From Candidatus Aenigmatarchaeota archaeon (lineage in GTDB: Archaea; Aenigmatarchaeota; Aenigmatarchaeia; CG10238-14; SCSR01), in assembly GCA_016187405.1 (NCBI GenBank), contig JACPJS010000006.1, positions 1 through 54,926 of the forward strand: a stretch of DNA of 54,926 nucleotides, in the 5' to 3' direction. The position numbers and the translations under genes are program-made. The notes under the pieces are model-generated. The model made no database searches and was not told where the DNA came from. It worked only from the letters and a program-made list of their open reading frames with translations. The stretch's first letter is position 1. Each line of letters starts with the position of its first letter. Below are positions 1 through 10,054 of the stretch, piece after piece.

Positions 1-864
1 AGAAGATTGATACGAAGAGCTATACTCAATGCACACGAGTTCAATTCTAAAAGTTCTGACCTGTATGTGTTTTTGGAAACTATAACAAGCGCATATAGAA
101 ATTCATATCCAGAGTTGTTTGCCAAGACCAATGAAATCATGGAAGTTTTCAAGGCAGAAGAAGAAAAGTTCAAACGAACTCTTGAGAAGGGTCTTAGAAT
201 ATACAATTCTCTCGGAAAGAAAATCACAGGCGAAGAAGCGTTCATATTGTTTACAAGTCATGGATTTCCGATTGAACTTACGCAGGAATTGGCAGATCGT
301 GATGGCAAGACTGTTGATATGGAAGGATTCAAACAAAAAATGACTGAACACCAGGAACTTTCCAGGACAGCTGCAACAGGACGATTCAAAGGAGGTTTGG
401 CTGACACTTCATTACTGACTACAAGATTGCATACAGCACATCATCTTCTTTTGGCCGCATTGAGACAAGTCTTGGGTAATCATGTTCACCAACGAGGAAG
501 CAACATCACATCAGAAAGATTGAGAATAGATTTCTCACATCCGAGCAAGTTAACTGATGGTGAATTGAAGAAAATTGAAAATCTTGTGAACCAGAAAATA
601 AAAGAAAATTTGACTATGGTACGCAAGGAAATGTCGAGAGACGATGCTGTTAAAGTCGGTGCAGAGATGGAATTCGGGGTGAAATATGGAGATGTTGTTT
701 CTGTTTATTTTGCTCAGGATAATAAAGGAAATATTTTCAGCAGGGAATTCTGCGGAGGTCCTCACGTGAAAAACACTGGTGAGCTTGGATTTTTCAAGAT
801 TGTAAAAGAAGAAGCAGTAGCATCAGGTATCAGAAGAATACGAGCAATTCTTAATTATAAATAA
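1..864 (+). CDS. alaS: Alanyl-tRNA synthetase, 3' part (gene begins upstream of the window); ends directly after the editing domain
   Basis: Frame 1 is open from base 1. Translation carries AlaRS signatures FTSHGFPIELTQE, HTAHHLLLAALRQVLG (HxxxH) and FCGGPHV (CxxxH), then ASGIRRIRAI. Stop at 862-864. Confidence 0.85.
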   Translation, partial: RRLIRRAILNAHEFNSKSSDLYVFLETITSAYRNSYPELFAKTNEIMEVFKAEEEKFKRTLEKGLRIYNSLGKKITGEEAFILFTSHGFPIELTQELADRDGKTVDMEGFKQKMTEHQELSRTAATGRFKGGLADTSLLTTRLHTAHHLLLAALRQVLGNHVHQRGSNITSERLRIDFSHPSKLTDGELKKIENLVNQKIKENLTMVRKEMSRDDAVKVGAEMEFGVKYGDVVSVYFAQDNKGNIFSREFCGGPHVKNTGELGFFKIVKEEAVASGIRRIRAILNYK

Positions 865-883
865 GTTTGTTGAGAAATAACAA

Positions 884-1351
884 TTAAGACTTGTCCATTT
901 TGGATTTACTGCTGTTCAACTTAACTTCTATCTCAGCAAGTTCATTCAACAGACCGGAATAAGCCTTTTTCAGGTCATCTTCATTCAATCCTTGTTGGTA
1001 ATATTTGTCTTTCAGTGTTGAGATGATTGAATTTATATCCTCTTCCCTTCTTTTCATTCTAGACACCTCAGTTCCCTTTTCATAGAACACCCATATCATT
1101 CCCATTGACATGAAAAATGCACCAGCTGCTATAGTAGCCAATAAAATTATAGGAGTCTCTGTATCAAAAAATATTCTGAACAAGTGCGATAATCCTATAA
1201 GATTTATCCCAAGTGCTAGCATGAACAAGTTTATACTCACATTCTTTGATCCCATTGACTTGCCGAAATAAAATATTGTATACGTGGCAATCGTGAGTCC
1301 GAAGAACGCTAGAAAATTAACAATATTTGCTGCCGTAAATCCAATTGCCAT
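884..1351 (-). CDS. Hypothetical membrane protein (about three TM helices, charged helical C-terminus)
   Basis: Only long ORF at this locus. Hydrophobic N-terminal two thirds, then RMKRREEDINSII...LNELAEIEVKL. No family recognised. Confidence 0.5.
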   Translation of the reverse strand: MAIGFTAANIVNFLAFFGLTIATYTIFYFGKSMGSKNVSINLFMLALGINLIGLSHLFRIFFDTETPIILLATIAAGAFFMSMGMIWVFYEKGTEVSRMKRREEDINSIISTLKDKYYQQGLNEDDLKKAYSGLLNELAEIEVKLNSSKSKMDKS

Positions 1352-1378
1352 AATTATAATATGTCTCTTAATAAGTTA

Positions 1379-1822
1379 TTATTTTGCCACACATTCCAAT
1401 GGTGGAGATACCATCGTGTTACATAAAATTGCGAATATACCTGTGTCATTGGCATTTGTCACATTGTACTGGCCATACAAGCTAGTTGCTGTTATTTTTG
1501 AAACCGGAAGGCTTTCATTTGCCAGTTCCTGCAGTATTATCTGTGTCTTGTACTGATTTGTATAATATTCAAGCGAATTCTTCTGCTGTATACAATTAAT
1601 GCACTTCATGTTGTATTCGAATGATATCACTGTCACACCGTTCTGCAAAAGATAATTCTCCACCTGAGGATCCATCTTATAGTCGATCACATTCGATTTA
1701 GGGAGTTCCAAGTCGTTTCTGTTGAAATAGAATGATTGTATGACCACACCTGCAAGGCTTGAAAACAACATTATGGCAATAAGCGCTATGCCGATCCAAC
1801 TTGTCTTGAATTTGAGTTTCAT
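1379..1822 (-). CDS. Hypothetical N-terminally anchored or secreted protein with four cysteines
   Basis: N-terminal KFKTSWIGIALIAIMLFSSLAGVV signal/anchor; CINC and later Cys pair. No family recognised. Confidence 0.5.
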   Translation of the reverse strand: MKLKFKTSWIGIALIAIMLFSSLAGVVIQSFYFNRNDLELPKSNVIDYKMDPQVENYLLQNGVTVISFEYNMKCINCIQQKNSLEYYTNQYKTQIILQELANESLPVSKITATSLYGQYNVTNANDTGIFAILCNTMVSPPLECVAK

Positions 1823-1862
1823 ATCCTTAATATTTTAAAATTGCATATTTATTAAAGGTCAC

Positions 1863-2654
1863 ATGGTTCTGGAAAAACTCATTACAACAAGAGACGCAGT
1901 CGAACATCCTGTCTGGATGATTGTTATAGGAGCGATAGTAGCTTTAATCAGCCTGGGACTGTCTTCTCTCATATTTCCAGAGTCAATAGGATTGTTCACT
2001 ACGATATTGATAACGTTCACGATGACCCCGTTCATGGTCAATCTTATGACATATGAGGAAATCATGACCGAGGTTGAGATGAAAAAGAAGATTCAAAGCG
2101 ACTTCTTCAACCGCCATGAAAATACACTGTTTGTCTATGCGACCCTTTTCGGCGGTATGATAATTGCACTTTCACTTGCATTTTTGGTTCTACCAGAAAA
2201 TACAGTCACAAAAGTTTTCAACGAGCAGATACAGGAGATTCAATTGATCAGAGGCGACTTTTTATCAGGAAGCACATTTTTCAAAATTCTCTTCAACAAT
2301 ATAGGGGTTTTGTTTGTCACTCTTTTATTTTCCTTCATATTCGGATCTGGCGCTATCTTCATTCTATCATGGAACGCATCAGTTCTTTCTGCAGCGATAG
2401 GATTGACTGCGAAATCATTGGGCGGGTTTTCTGGAATACCGGGAGCCATCGTGACTTACTTGCCGCATGGCGTTTTTGAAATCTCTGCATATTTCCTATC
2501 TGGAATAGCCGGTGGTATACTGTCGGCAGCCGTCATCAGGAAAAAAAGCGAATACACGAATGAAGTAGCGAAGGATAGTCTGAAAGTTATGTTGTTGGCA
2601 TTGGGATTCCTGTTTGTCGGAGCAATAATAGAATCTATACTAATCGGTTCCTAA
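1863..2654 (+). CDS. SpoIIM / DUF95-like integral membrane protein
   Basis: Multi-TM protein with FFKILFNNIGVLF and LPHGVFEISAYFLSGIAGG segments that I recognise from the stage II sporulation protein M family. Confidence 0.6.
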   Translation: MVLEKLITTRDAVEHPVWMIVIGAIVALISLGLSSLIFPESIGLFTTILITFTMTPFMVNLMTYEEIMTEVEMKKKIQSDFFNRHENTLFVYATLFGGMIIALSLAFLVLPENTVTKVFNEQIQEIQLIRGDFLSGSTFFKILFNNIGVLFVTLLFSFIFGSGAIFILSWNASVLSAAIGLTAKSLGGFSGIPGAIVTYLPHGVFEISAYFLSGIAGGILSAAVIRKKSEYTNEVAKDSLKVMLLALGFLFVGAIIESILIGS

Positions 2655-5345
2655 TCATTCCAGATATATCGCAGGCTTGCCGTATTTTGCACGTGAAGAC
2701 TTGTTCTGAGGATCGTACTTGTTCTTGTCTGACACTTTGTATACCTCAAGTTTCTTGAAGTCGAATCTCTTTTTCAGATATTCTACCGATTGTTTGAAAT
2801 GGTTGAATTCCTTGTCTGTCGTCATATACAAATATGCATTCTTCATTTTTCCTGCAAGCTTGAGGACTTGAGTCATATCTTCCTGAGTTTTCTTGAATAG
2901 ATTTTCCAAATCCAAAACATTTCTATCAATTGATTTTTCATTAAATTCAGGCCATCCACCGGCTGATAAAATTCCTTTCACACCTATTTTCTTCCAGAAC
3001 TCTTCGCTGACATGCGGTGTGAACGGAGCGATTAATTTGATTGAATTTGAAATAGCATTTTTCAAAACCTTCTGATTACAATTTTTGATATTACCGTTTC
3101 TTTCTATATAATATTTTATTTCATTCAACAGTTGGAATATTGCAAACTGCATTCCAGAGCGGAATTTCATAACTTCATAATTTTCTGTAGTTCCTTTGAT
3201 GCAATTCTGCACAACTCCATCCAGATACTTGTCCAAGTCGTTTGTCGATTTTCTTTTCGCCTTTTTGCAGTTCTGTACTAGATAATCAAGATAATCCAAT
3301 CGCGTCTCGAATGTTTTCAAAGAATCTTCTCGCCAGTCAGCGTCATCGATGTTCTCATTGGCAGTTCCGATATTCACTCTCACCAGATCAGCACCATATT
3401 TCTTCAACAATTCTTTCAAAGGAATTATGTTTCCCTTTGATTTTGCCATCTTCTCTCCTTGGACAGTCACGTATCCATTGACCCCGATTGATTTCGGCCA
3501 ATACTTTGGGTTCTCCCATATTGCGACATGGTGGAAAATATAATACGTCAAATGGTTCGGAACCAGTTCTTTTGCAGAGTTTCTCATATCGACCGGGTAA
3601 AAGTATTCAAACTCTTCATGCATTTTTTGTATCAATACTTTGTTCAAATCAACTTTCTTTCCCAGTTCAGTAGGATCACCCTTCCCTAAAAATATGTAAT
3701 CGAACACTTCATCAGTTAGTTTGTGCGCAGGGATTTTTTCTCCGTTGATGACATCAGCTATCGTATAGTATGCCATGTATATCACAGAATCACTCAGGGT
3801 TTCGATAATCCATTCCTTATCCCATGGCATCTTTGTGCCCAACCCACCCTTTCTTGCACATGCCTTGTCCTCCAGCCAATCGACCGTTGCCATGAATTGT
3901 AGTCTCGCCTCTTCCGGATAGAATTTCATTTGTGATATAGCATGTTTGACTTTATTTTTCCAATCTATATCAGAGAATTTCAAGAACCATTGATTTTCCA
4001 AAATCTTTATGTGGCACCTTGTTGTACATCTGCATATCACAGGGTTTGTCGTCTCCCACATCTTGTCTGCAAGATTCCTTTTAACAAAATCGTCTATCAA
4101 AACTTGCTTCACTTCACCAATTTTCTTACCAACATAACCTTCTGCAATATCACGTAGTACCCCTGTATGAAACTCCTTTTTGTAAACAATGGAAGTCGCC
4201 TCTTCGAGTTTCTCCGATTCTTTTGTCGATGATATTCCCATCTTCTCTGAAATTTCTACGCCGGCATTTTCAAAACCTTCGATTTTGACAACAGAAATTG
4301 ATTTTATGTTTTTTATTGAACTCGGATCTAATTTATATTTACCCATTTCCTTTTCGTTGTTTTTCAATTCCTTCAGTGCGACATAATCATAAGGTGCATG
4401 CGCTGGCACTGACATTACTATTCCGGTTGCTGTCTGTTCATCAACAAACTCTCCAGGTAGAATCAAAATCTTCTGACCTGTGACAGGATTGGAAACATTT
4501 TCTCCTATCAGATCCCTACCGGCAACATCTCCAAGATATTCAACATTTTTCAATTGATCTTCCAATTTTTGTGCAGCACTCTTGCTTACAAACCAGATTT
4601 CATTTTTGATTCTTATTCTGACATAATGTGCGTTCGGATTTATCCACAGGTTTGTAACACCGTATATAGTTTCAGGCCTCAATGTCGCACATGGTAACAC
4701 TTCACCCGAATCCAGTTTGAATTTCAAAAGAACAAATTGAGTCGGACTTTCACCCTCACCTTTTAGTCTATCATGGTCACCTGTTGGTGATTGGTCGTGT
4801 GAACACCATACCACAGGATGAGTTCCCTGTATCACATATCCTTTCTTCCGTAATGTGTTGTATTGCCATTCTATAAAACGATTGAACGCAGGATCGATTG
4901 CCGTGACAAATTTTCTTCTCCAATCAACTGAGAATCCCATCAACTTTGATGATTCGATTATCTTTTCCATCCAGAATCTTGCGACAAATTCAGGACCTTT
5001 TTTCACAAAATCTTTCAAATCCTTGTCAGTAGCCCCATACATTTTGAAAGTTTCTATCTGTCCCCTGTCTTTCTTTTTCAGTCTTTCAATGGAACCGAGT
5101 ATAGGTTCGCCTGTTGCGTGGAATGCTTCTGCGAGTAGTGTATTGTATCCCTGCATTCTTTTGAACCGTGCATACGCATCTATCCTTGTATATGTGAATG
5201 AATGGCCTATGTGGATGTTGCCGTTCACGTAAGGGATTATTATAGAAGTGAAGAACTTGTTCTTTTTCTTGTCGATGTTCGCTTCAAATGATTTAGATTT
5301 GTTCCATTTCATCTGCCATTTGGCATCTAGTTTCTTAGAATCCAT
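2655..5345 (-). CDS. leuS: Leucyl-tRNA synthetase (archaeal type)
   Basis: 896 aa. HIGH-type motif NGNIHIGH, KMSKS-type motif KMAKSKGN, large editing insertion, LeuRS-like text throughout. Confidence 0.95.
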   Translation of the reverse strand: MDSKKLDAKWQMKWNKSKSFEANIDKKKNKFFTSIIIPYVNGNIHIGHSFTYTRIDAYARFKRMQGYNTLLAEAFHATGEPILGSIERLKKKDRGQIETFKMYGATDKDLKDFVKKGPEFVARFWMEKIIESSKLMGFSVDWRRKFVTAIDPAFNRFIEWQYNTLRKKGYVIQGTHPVVWCSHDQSPTGDHDRLKGEGESPTQFVLLKFKLDSGEVLPCATLRPETIYGVTNLWINPNAHYVRIRIKNEIWFVSKSAAQKLEDQLKNVEYLGDVAGRDLIGENVSNPVTGQKILILPGEFVDEQTATGIVMSVPAHAPYDYVALKELKNNEKEMGKYKLDPSSIKNIKSISVVKIEGFENAGVEISEKMGISSTKESEKLEEATSIVYKKEFHTGVLRDIAEGYVGKKIGEVKQVLIDDFVKRNLADKMWETTNPVICRCTTRCHIKILENQWFLKFSDIDWKNKVKHAISQMKFYPEEARLQFMATVDWLEDKACARKGGLGTKMPWDKEWIIETLSDSVIYMAYYTIADVINGEKIPAHKLTDEVFDYIFLGKGDPTELGKKVDLNKVLIQKMHEEFEYFYPVDMRNSAKELVPNHLTYYIFHHVAIWENPKYWPKSIGVNGYVTVQGEKMAKSKGNIIPLKELLKKYGADLVRVNIGTANENIDDADWREDSLKTFETRLDYLDYLVQNCKKAKRKSTNDLDKYLDGVVQNCIKGTTENYEVMKFRSGMQFAIFQLLNEIKYYIERNGNIKNCNQKVLKNAISNSIKLIAPFTPHVSEEFWKKIGVKGILSAGGWPEFNEKSIDRNVLDLENLFKKTQEDMTQVLKLAGKMKNAYLYMTTDKEFNHFKQSVEYLKKRFDFKKLEVYKVSDKNKYDPQNKSSRAKYGKPAIYLE

Positions 5346-5386
5346 TATAAAACTATTGAAAAATCAAATAGAAATAAGTTAGATTT

Positions 5387-5722
5387 TTATTGATATGCAC
5401 GTGCTTTAGGTTGTGCTGGAAGTTGCTGCGGATTTGATGTCTGAACGAAAATCGGAAACGTGTATCCATGATCAGGCCTGCATTCATCAACGGGTCTTCG
5501 TACTATTTCTACAGTTACACCTATACTTTGATGATCAAATTTTGCATAACATGAAAGACCAGGTGCTATATCTTCTATAGAAACGGTACATGTCGGATCA
5601 CTGTAAATCCCAGTCCGGAGCGCCCTGCCATCACTCAATCTTACTCTTCCTACAAAAGTTCTTCTGTAAGATCTGTCTTCCCTTGAATCCATTCGTAATG
5701 CACCAAATAACAGAAACAACAT
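5387..5722 (-). CDS. Hypothetical small protein (orphan)
   Basis: Only ORF of at least 60 aa over this interval. Co-directional between the DUF1003 gene and leuS. An alternative ATG at 5692 is possible. No family recognised. Confidence 0.4.
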   Translation of the reverse strand: MLFLLFGALRMDSREDRSYRRTFVGRVRLSDGRALRTGIYSDPTCTVSIEDIAPGLSCYAKFDHQSIGVTVEIVRRPVDECRPDHGYTFPIFVQTSNPQQLPAQPKARAYQ

Positions 5723-5755
5723 TTGTTAATCAAATTTATAAATCTCTATTATAAC

Positions 5756-6268
5756 TCATTTTTTACCTTTCTTCTTCCTCAATTCCTCGACATCAGTAAC
5801 TTTTCTACTCACATAATTCATCGCGCGCTTTATGTCATCCAAATCTTTCTGTATTTCCTCGACATCCTGCTCCTCTTCCTGGCTTTCCTTCTCTTCTTCC
5901 AATTCCTTCACAGTTTCAATCAATGCCTGCCTGTTCTGTGTGATCATGATGAACGTCGCGAGGAATATCGCCTCAAGTGAAACGATCATTGTCAACAGTC
6001 CGTATGGGAACGGATCAAATGGGTATATCATAGGTCTCAGATATCCTTGGTTGGCCAGTATCCAGAACGCGAACCATATCACATGATAATAGACAAACGG
6101 CATGCTACCTGCAAAATTGCTCACATGCTGTGCAAACTGCCATTCGAACGAATGCAATTTTTCCAAAAGATTTCTTTTGCTCAGATTCTCAGAGATTCTT
6201 GATATGAACAGTTTCTTTACAAACAGCACTCTTTCCTTTCTTTCATCCGCCTTTTTCTCTTTCGGCAT
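5756..6268 (-). CDS. DUF1003-family membrane protein
   Basis: Two TM helices (VIWFAFWILAN, LLTMIVSLEAIFLATFIMITQNRQ) followed by an acidic coiled coil, the layout I recall for DUF1003. Confidence 0.65.
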   Translation of the reverse strand: MPKEKKADERKERVLFVKKLFISRISENLSKRNLLEKLHSFEWQFAQHVSNFAGSMPFVYYHVIWFAFWILANQGYLRPMIYPFDPFPYGLLTMIVSLEAIFLATFIMITQNRQALIETVKELEEEKESQEEEQDVEEIQKDLDDIKRAMNYVSRKVTDVEELRKKKGKK

Positions 6269-6304
6269 ATCTTTTAATTGTTTAGAGTCTTATTTTAACT
6301 TTAG

Positions 6305-6379
6305 GCCCGCGTAGCTCAGCTTGGATAGAGCAGCTCCCTTCTAAGGAGAAGGTCGAGAGTTCAAATCCCTCCGTGGGCA
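6305..6379 (+). tRNA. tRNA-Arg (anticodon TCT)
   Basis: Hand-folded cloverleaf. Acceptor GCCCGCG/CGTGGGC (one G-U); D arm GCTC-AGCTTGGATA-GAGC; anticodon arm GCTCC-CTTCTAA-GGAGA; T arm GAGAG-TTCAAAT-CCCTC (one A-C mismatch); discriminator A. No encoded CCA. Confidence 0.8.
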
Positions 6380-6385
6380 CACTAC

Positions 6386-6394
6386 TTATTTAAA
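6386..6394 (+). promoter_or_regulatory. Putative TATA box for the minD-like gene
   Basis: TTATTTAAA centred about 28 nt upstream of the ATG at 6418. Confidence 0.35.
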
Positions 6395-6417
6395 CAATCC
6401 AAAAAACAAGTAAGATT

Positions 6418-7176
6418 ATGACCCGAACAATTGGCGTAGTTTCTGGTAAAGGCGGTGTAGGTAAGACCACACTTGTCTCTAATCTTACACATACGTTGAC
6501 TGATTTGGGTAAGAGTGTCACAGCAATTGATACGAACGTCACAACCCCGCATCTAGGAATTCATCTCGGTTATCATCTCGTTCCGAAATCGTTGCACGAC
6601 TATCTTCGCGGTCATGCAAAAATAAACGAAGTGGTATATTCACATCCTCATGGTTTCAGACTGGTTCCAGGCAGTCTTTCGGTAAATGACATGATCGGAG
6701 TGAATCCAGACAAGTTGCAATCTCTGACATTGAACCTGACAGGCAAGAGCGATATAATTCTTTTAGATTCTGCACCTTCATTGGGAAAAGAAGCAACACT
6801 CTCATTGAAACTAGCAGACGAATTGATTTTATTGGCAAATCCAAATCTCCCATCAGTTCTTGATGTGCTAAAGACTGCAAAGGTCGCAGAGAAATTAGAC
6901 AAGATAATTTTAGGAGTTGTTGTAAACAGGACAAAGAAAGGCGTTGGAAACATGTCAGCAAAAGAAATAGAAAGTGTAACAAAATATCCTGTGATTGGTG
7001 TCATACCAGAGGATGACAATGTTCAGAAATCACTTGCTGCAAGAAATGCTGTCGTTGAATTCAGTCCAAATTCTCCTGCGTCAATAGAGTTCAAAAGAAT
7101 TGCGCATAACTTAGTTGGAAAGAAATTCAACTATTCGACAAACTTTTGGACTAAGTTCTTGGAATGGCTCAAATAG
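6418..7176 (+). CDS. minD: MinD/ParA-family P-loop ATPase (archaeal MinD-like)
   Basis: Deviant Walker A VSGKGGVGKTT at the N-terminus, ILLDSAP Walker B-like segment, 252 aa. Confidence 0.85.
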   Translation: MTRTIGVVSGKGGVGKTTLVSNLTHTLTDLGKSVTAIDTNVTTPHLGIHLGYHLVPKSLHDYLRGHAKINEVVYSHPHGFRLVPGSLSVNDMIGVNPDKLQSLTLNLTGKSDIILLDSAPSLGKEATLSLKLADELILLANPNLPSVLDVLKTAKVAEKLDKIILGVVVNRTKKGVGNMSAKEIESVTKYPVIGVIPEDDNVQKSLAARNAVVEFSPNSPASIEFKRIAHNLVGKKFNYSTNFWTKFLEWLK

Positions 7177-8803
7177 AATCCAAACTTAATTCAAATGCAG
7201 TGCACGGCATTTCAATCCCATAGTTTTCAAGCACGACAGGATTAATTTCACCGATGTAACCGATTTCCTTATTGTTAACAAGTACTATCGCTTGTCTTCC
7301 TTCAATCATGTGTGAAAGGTTAGAATCTTTGAATGTATACTTCATTCCGATTTGTTTCAATAATGATTCTACAGTTGCCTTTACTTCAGAGTAATTTGTT
7401 TTCGAATGTGCAATCAAAGCAGCAGCTTTCCTTACAGTTCTTGACATTGTCTCTTCATTTTCATCATGAACAACGACGTCTCCGACTTGGAATATATCCT
7501 GCGGATATTCGACATGCTTGTTTGTAGACATCATCTTCATCAAGTCTGGCAACAACCAGTTTCTCAAGCACGTGTAATCTTCAGAAACAGGATTCTCCAA
7601 TTCTATAATCCTTTCACGTTTTACATTCATCCTGTCAAATAGTTCTCTAGGGTTTGTCATCAACGGCCTTATTATTTCCTGATATCCGAAACCAACTAAC
7701 AACTCTCTGAATTTGCTGGAAGTCTTTTCAACTGGATGCGATGAACCGATTGTTGCAAGAGATGGTAACTCTGGAGTGAAATTGTTGAATCCATATGAAA
7801 TTATGATGTCTTCTATCACGTCAATTGGATGAAGTATGTCATTCCTGTATGGTGGGATGTAGATTGTAATCTTTCCCTTGTTCTCAACGGAATCATAACC
7901 CATTCTTTTCAAAAGTTCGAATACATCTTCCTTATGAAAACTAACTCCGGACCATTTTTCTATCTCAGAAAATTCTACATCTATTGTACTTGGACTTAGA
8001 TTTGGTGTCGATTCGAATTTCTCACCGCGGAATATTTTCACAGCTTCTATGGTTGCACCACGATCTGCAAAATTAGTCACTATTATGTTCAATGTCTGTG
8101 ATACAGCATCCTTGTCAGTTCCTGTCAATTCAACCAAAAGATTTTTCGTATTTTCTGTAACGCGTGTTTTCTCAGAATTGATTATTGGTGGAAAACTGAA
8201 TATCCCTCTTGCGTCTGTGAAGACCGGATATTTTTCCTGTCCTGACAATATGTGGCCATATTCTTTTCCTTTCGGAAGTCTTTCTATAATTTCAGATAGA
8301 CTCATCTCAGATTCCTGGTCAAGCGGAATTATTTTTTCATTCTTGTCCACTTCGATATAACTGAAATGCGGAACTATCTTATCCAAGTCGTGAATTCCAA
8401 TTGCAACTTTCTTTCTCTTTCTTCCTATTGTATCTGTCAGAACATCCTGTATGTTCATCAGACTTTTTATGAATGCATCGTTCACGTTCACGTTTCTAAT
8501 TACAGCAGCTCCAATATGATTTCTATACGATATATCAGATGCTCTGATGTTGACACTCGCAGGTTTTATAGAATATTTCTTCAATCCAGTTTCAATTCCT
8601 AGATATTGTTTGACTGCTCTTGCAAGACCTTCGATACCAAAAAGATCAGGTCTGTCAGGAGTCAATTCGATCGTGATTTCACTTTCATTCTCGCTTTCGA
8701 TATTAGTTTTCATCAAATGTATTGTTTCCTCTAACTGTTCGTCTGACATTTTATTTCCAATGAGATTCAACAAATCATTCTTGTCGTATGTTATTGTCGG
8801 CAC
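7169..8803 (-). CDS. pheT: Phenylalanyl-tRNA synthetase beta subunit (archaeal type)
   Basis: 544 aa. Starts MPTITYDKNDLLNL... as archaeal PheT does. Lies immediately downstream of pheS. GTG start at 8803 overlaps the pheS stop by 1 nt. Confidence 0.9.
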   Translation of the reverse strand: MPTITYDKNDLLNLIGNKMSDEQLEETIHLMKTNIESENESEITIELTPDRPDLFGIEGLARAVKQYLGIETGLKKYSIKPASVNIRASDISYRNHIGAAVIRNVNVNDAFIKSLMNIQDVLTDTIGRKRKKVAIGIHDLDKIVPHFSYIEVDKNEKIIPLDQESEMSLSEIIERLPKGKEYGHILSGQEKYPVFTDARGIFSFPPIINSEKTRVTENTKNLLVELTGTDKDAVSQTLNIIVTNFADRGATIEAVKIFRGEKFESTPNLSPSTIDVEFSEIEKWSGVSFHKEDVFELLKRMGYDSVENKGKITIYIPPYRNDILHPIDVIEDIIISYGFNNFTPELPSLATIGSSHPVEKTSSKFRELLVGFGYQEIIRPLMTNPRELFDRMNVKRERIIELENPVSEDYTCLRNWLLPDLMKMMSTNKHVEYPQDIFQVGDVVVHDENEETMSRTVRKAAALIAHSKTNYSEVKATVESLLKQIGMKYTFKDSNLSHMIEGRQAIVLVNNKEIGYIGEINPVVLENYGIEMPCTAFELSLDSI

Positions 8804-10050
8804 TATCTAACAACCTCTTTTTCTCTCAGCCATCTCAAATCTTCAGAATACAACTGGCGTATATCTGATATACCCATTCTGATCATTGCCAGTCTCCCGA
8901 TTCCCAATCCCCATGCAAGAACAGGAACTTCAATTCCTAGTGGTAATGTAACTTCTGGTCTGAATATTCCTGCACCACCGAATTCAACCCAACCCAAACC
9001 TTTGATTAACGCAACTCCTTCGACTGATGGCTCGGTGAACGGGAAATAACTAGGTTTGAATCTGACTTTTTCTGCACCGAATGTTTCTGCAATTTCTTTC
9101 AAGTATCCGAGTAAATGTCTGAAATTCAGTCCTTCACCAACAACAATCCCTTCACACTGATCAAACTCTACCAAATGTTTTGCATCGATTACATCAGGTC
9201 TGAAATTTCTATCGATAACGAACATCTTGTGCGGAAGATTTTCCTTTTTCAATTTGTATAACGTTCTTGCAGATACCGCAGTAGTCTGACTTCTCAGAAC
9301 CAGTCTTTGTGCAAGTTCAAAATTCCAATTGCCCCAACCTTTGCTTCCCATTATCCATCCAGTTTTGTGAGTTTCTTCTACACGTTTCCATAAATCATTG
9401 TCAACAACCTTTCCAGTTTTCGGATCCTTGATCATATAGATGTCATGAACACCACGTGCAGGATGGTCTGATGGCATGAACAGTGCATCAGCATTCCAGA
9501 AATTCAATTCTACCAGCGGACCTTTAGCTTCGACGAATCCCATTCCGATTAATTTTTCTCTAATTTCTTCCATCACTTGACGATAAGGATGAAGTTTTCC
9601 CGGATATATTCTGTTTACAGGAGTGTTTACATCATATTTCTGGAACGATACTTGTTTCCACAAACCGCTTTTCAAAAGTTCAGGTGTTAAAGTTGTGACT
9701 TCTTTTCCAACCATTTTGTCTGCTTCGCTGTAAACAAGTTTCTTGATTAATTTCCTTTGAATTAGAATTTCAATAACATTTTCATCAACGTCTTCTCCTT
9801 TGGATAATTTTTCCAAGGCTTCCTGCTCTGGTACATGTTCAGGATAATTCAGTAGAATAATTTCTTTACCAGTTGATCTTACCCATTTATTTTTCAGCGC
9901 CCATTGGAGCGCAATATAAAAATTCTTTATTTGTTTTGCGTCATCGAAATCAATTGAATTCTTTTCTTTCAGCAAATCTACAAGCTGTTTTTCAGGAAGA
10001 GAGTTCTCCAAGTATTCTTTACCTTCTGGTGTCAGTTCATACTTATTCAT
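8803..10050 (-). CDS. pheS: Phenylalanyl-tRNA synthetase alpha subunit
   Basis: Class II core motifs (HPARGVHDIYM, FRPD..DAKHLVEFDQCEG, GAGIFRPEV) after N-terminal winged-helix repeats. Confidence 0.9.
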   Translation of the reverse strand: MNKYELTPEGKEYLENSLPEKQLVDLLKEKNSIDFDDAKQIKNFYIALQWALKNKWVRSTGKEIILLNYPEHVPEQEALEKLSKGEDVDENVIEILIQRKLIKKLVYSEADKMVGKEVTTLTPELLKSGLWKQVSFQKYDVNTPVNRIYPGKLHPYRQVMEEIREKLIGMGFVEAKGPLVELNFWNADALFMPSDHPARGVHDIYMIKDPKTGKVVDNDLWKRVEETHKTGWIMGSKGWGNWNFELAQRLVLRSQTTAVSARTLYKLKKENLPHKMFVIDRNFRPDVIDAKHLVEFDQCEGIVVGEGLNFRHLLGYLKEIAETFGAEKVRFKPSYFPFTEPSVEGVALIKGLGWVEFGGAGIFRPEVTLPLGIEVPVLAWGLGIGRLAMIRMGISDIRQLYSEDLRWLREKEVVR

Positions 10051-10054
10051 AATA

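Noticed and set aside
2893-5232. Multiple 60-125-aa + strand ORFs inside leuS. Similar antisense ORFs occur inside pheT, hppA, nrdJ, glyS, rrp41 and psmA.
   Set aside because: All lie opposite long, confidently identified genes and have low-complexity S/F/L/I-rich translations typical of AT-rich antisense frames.
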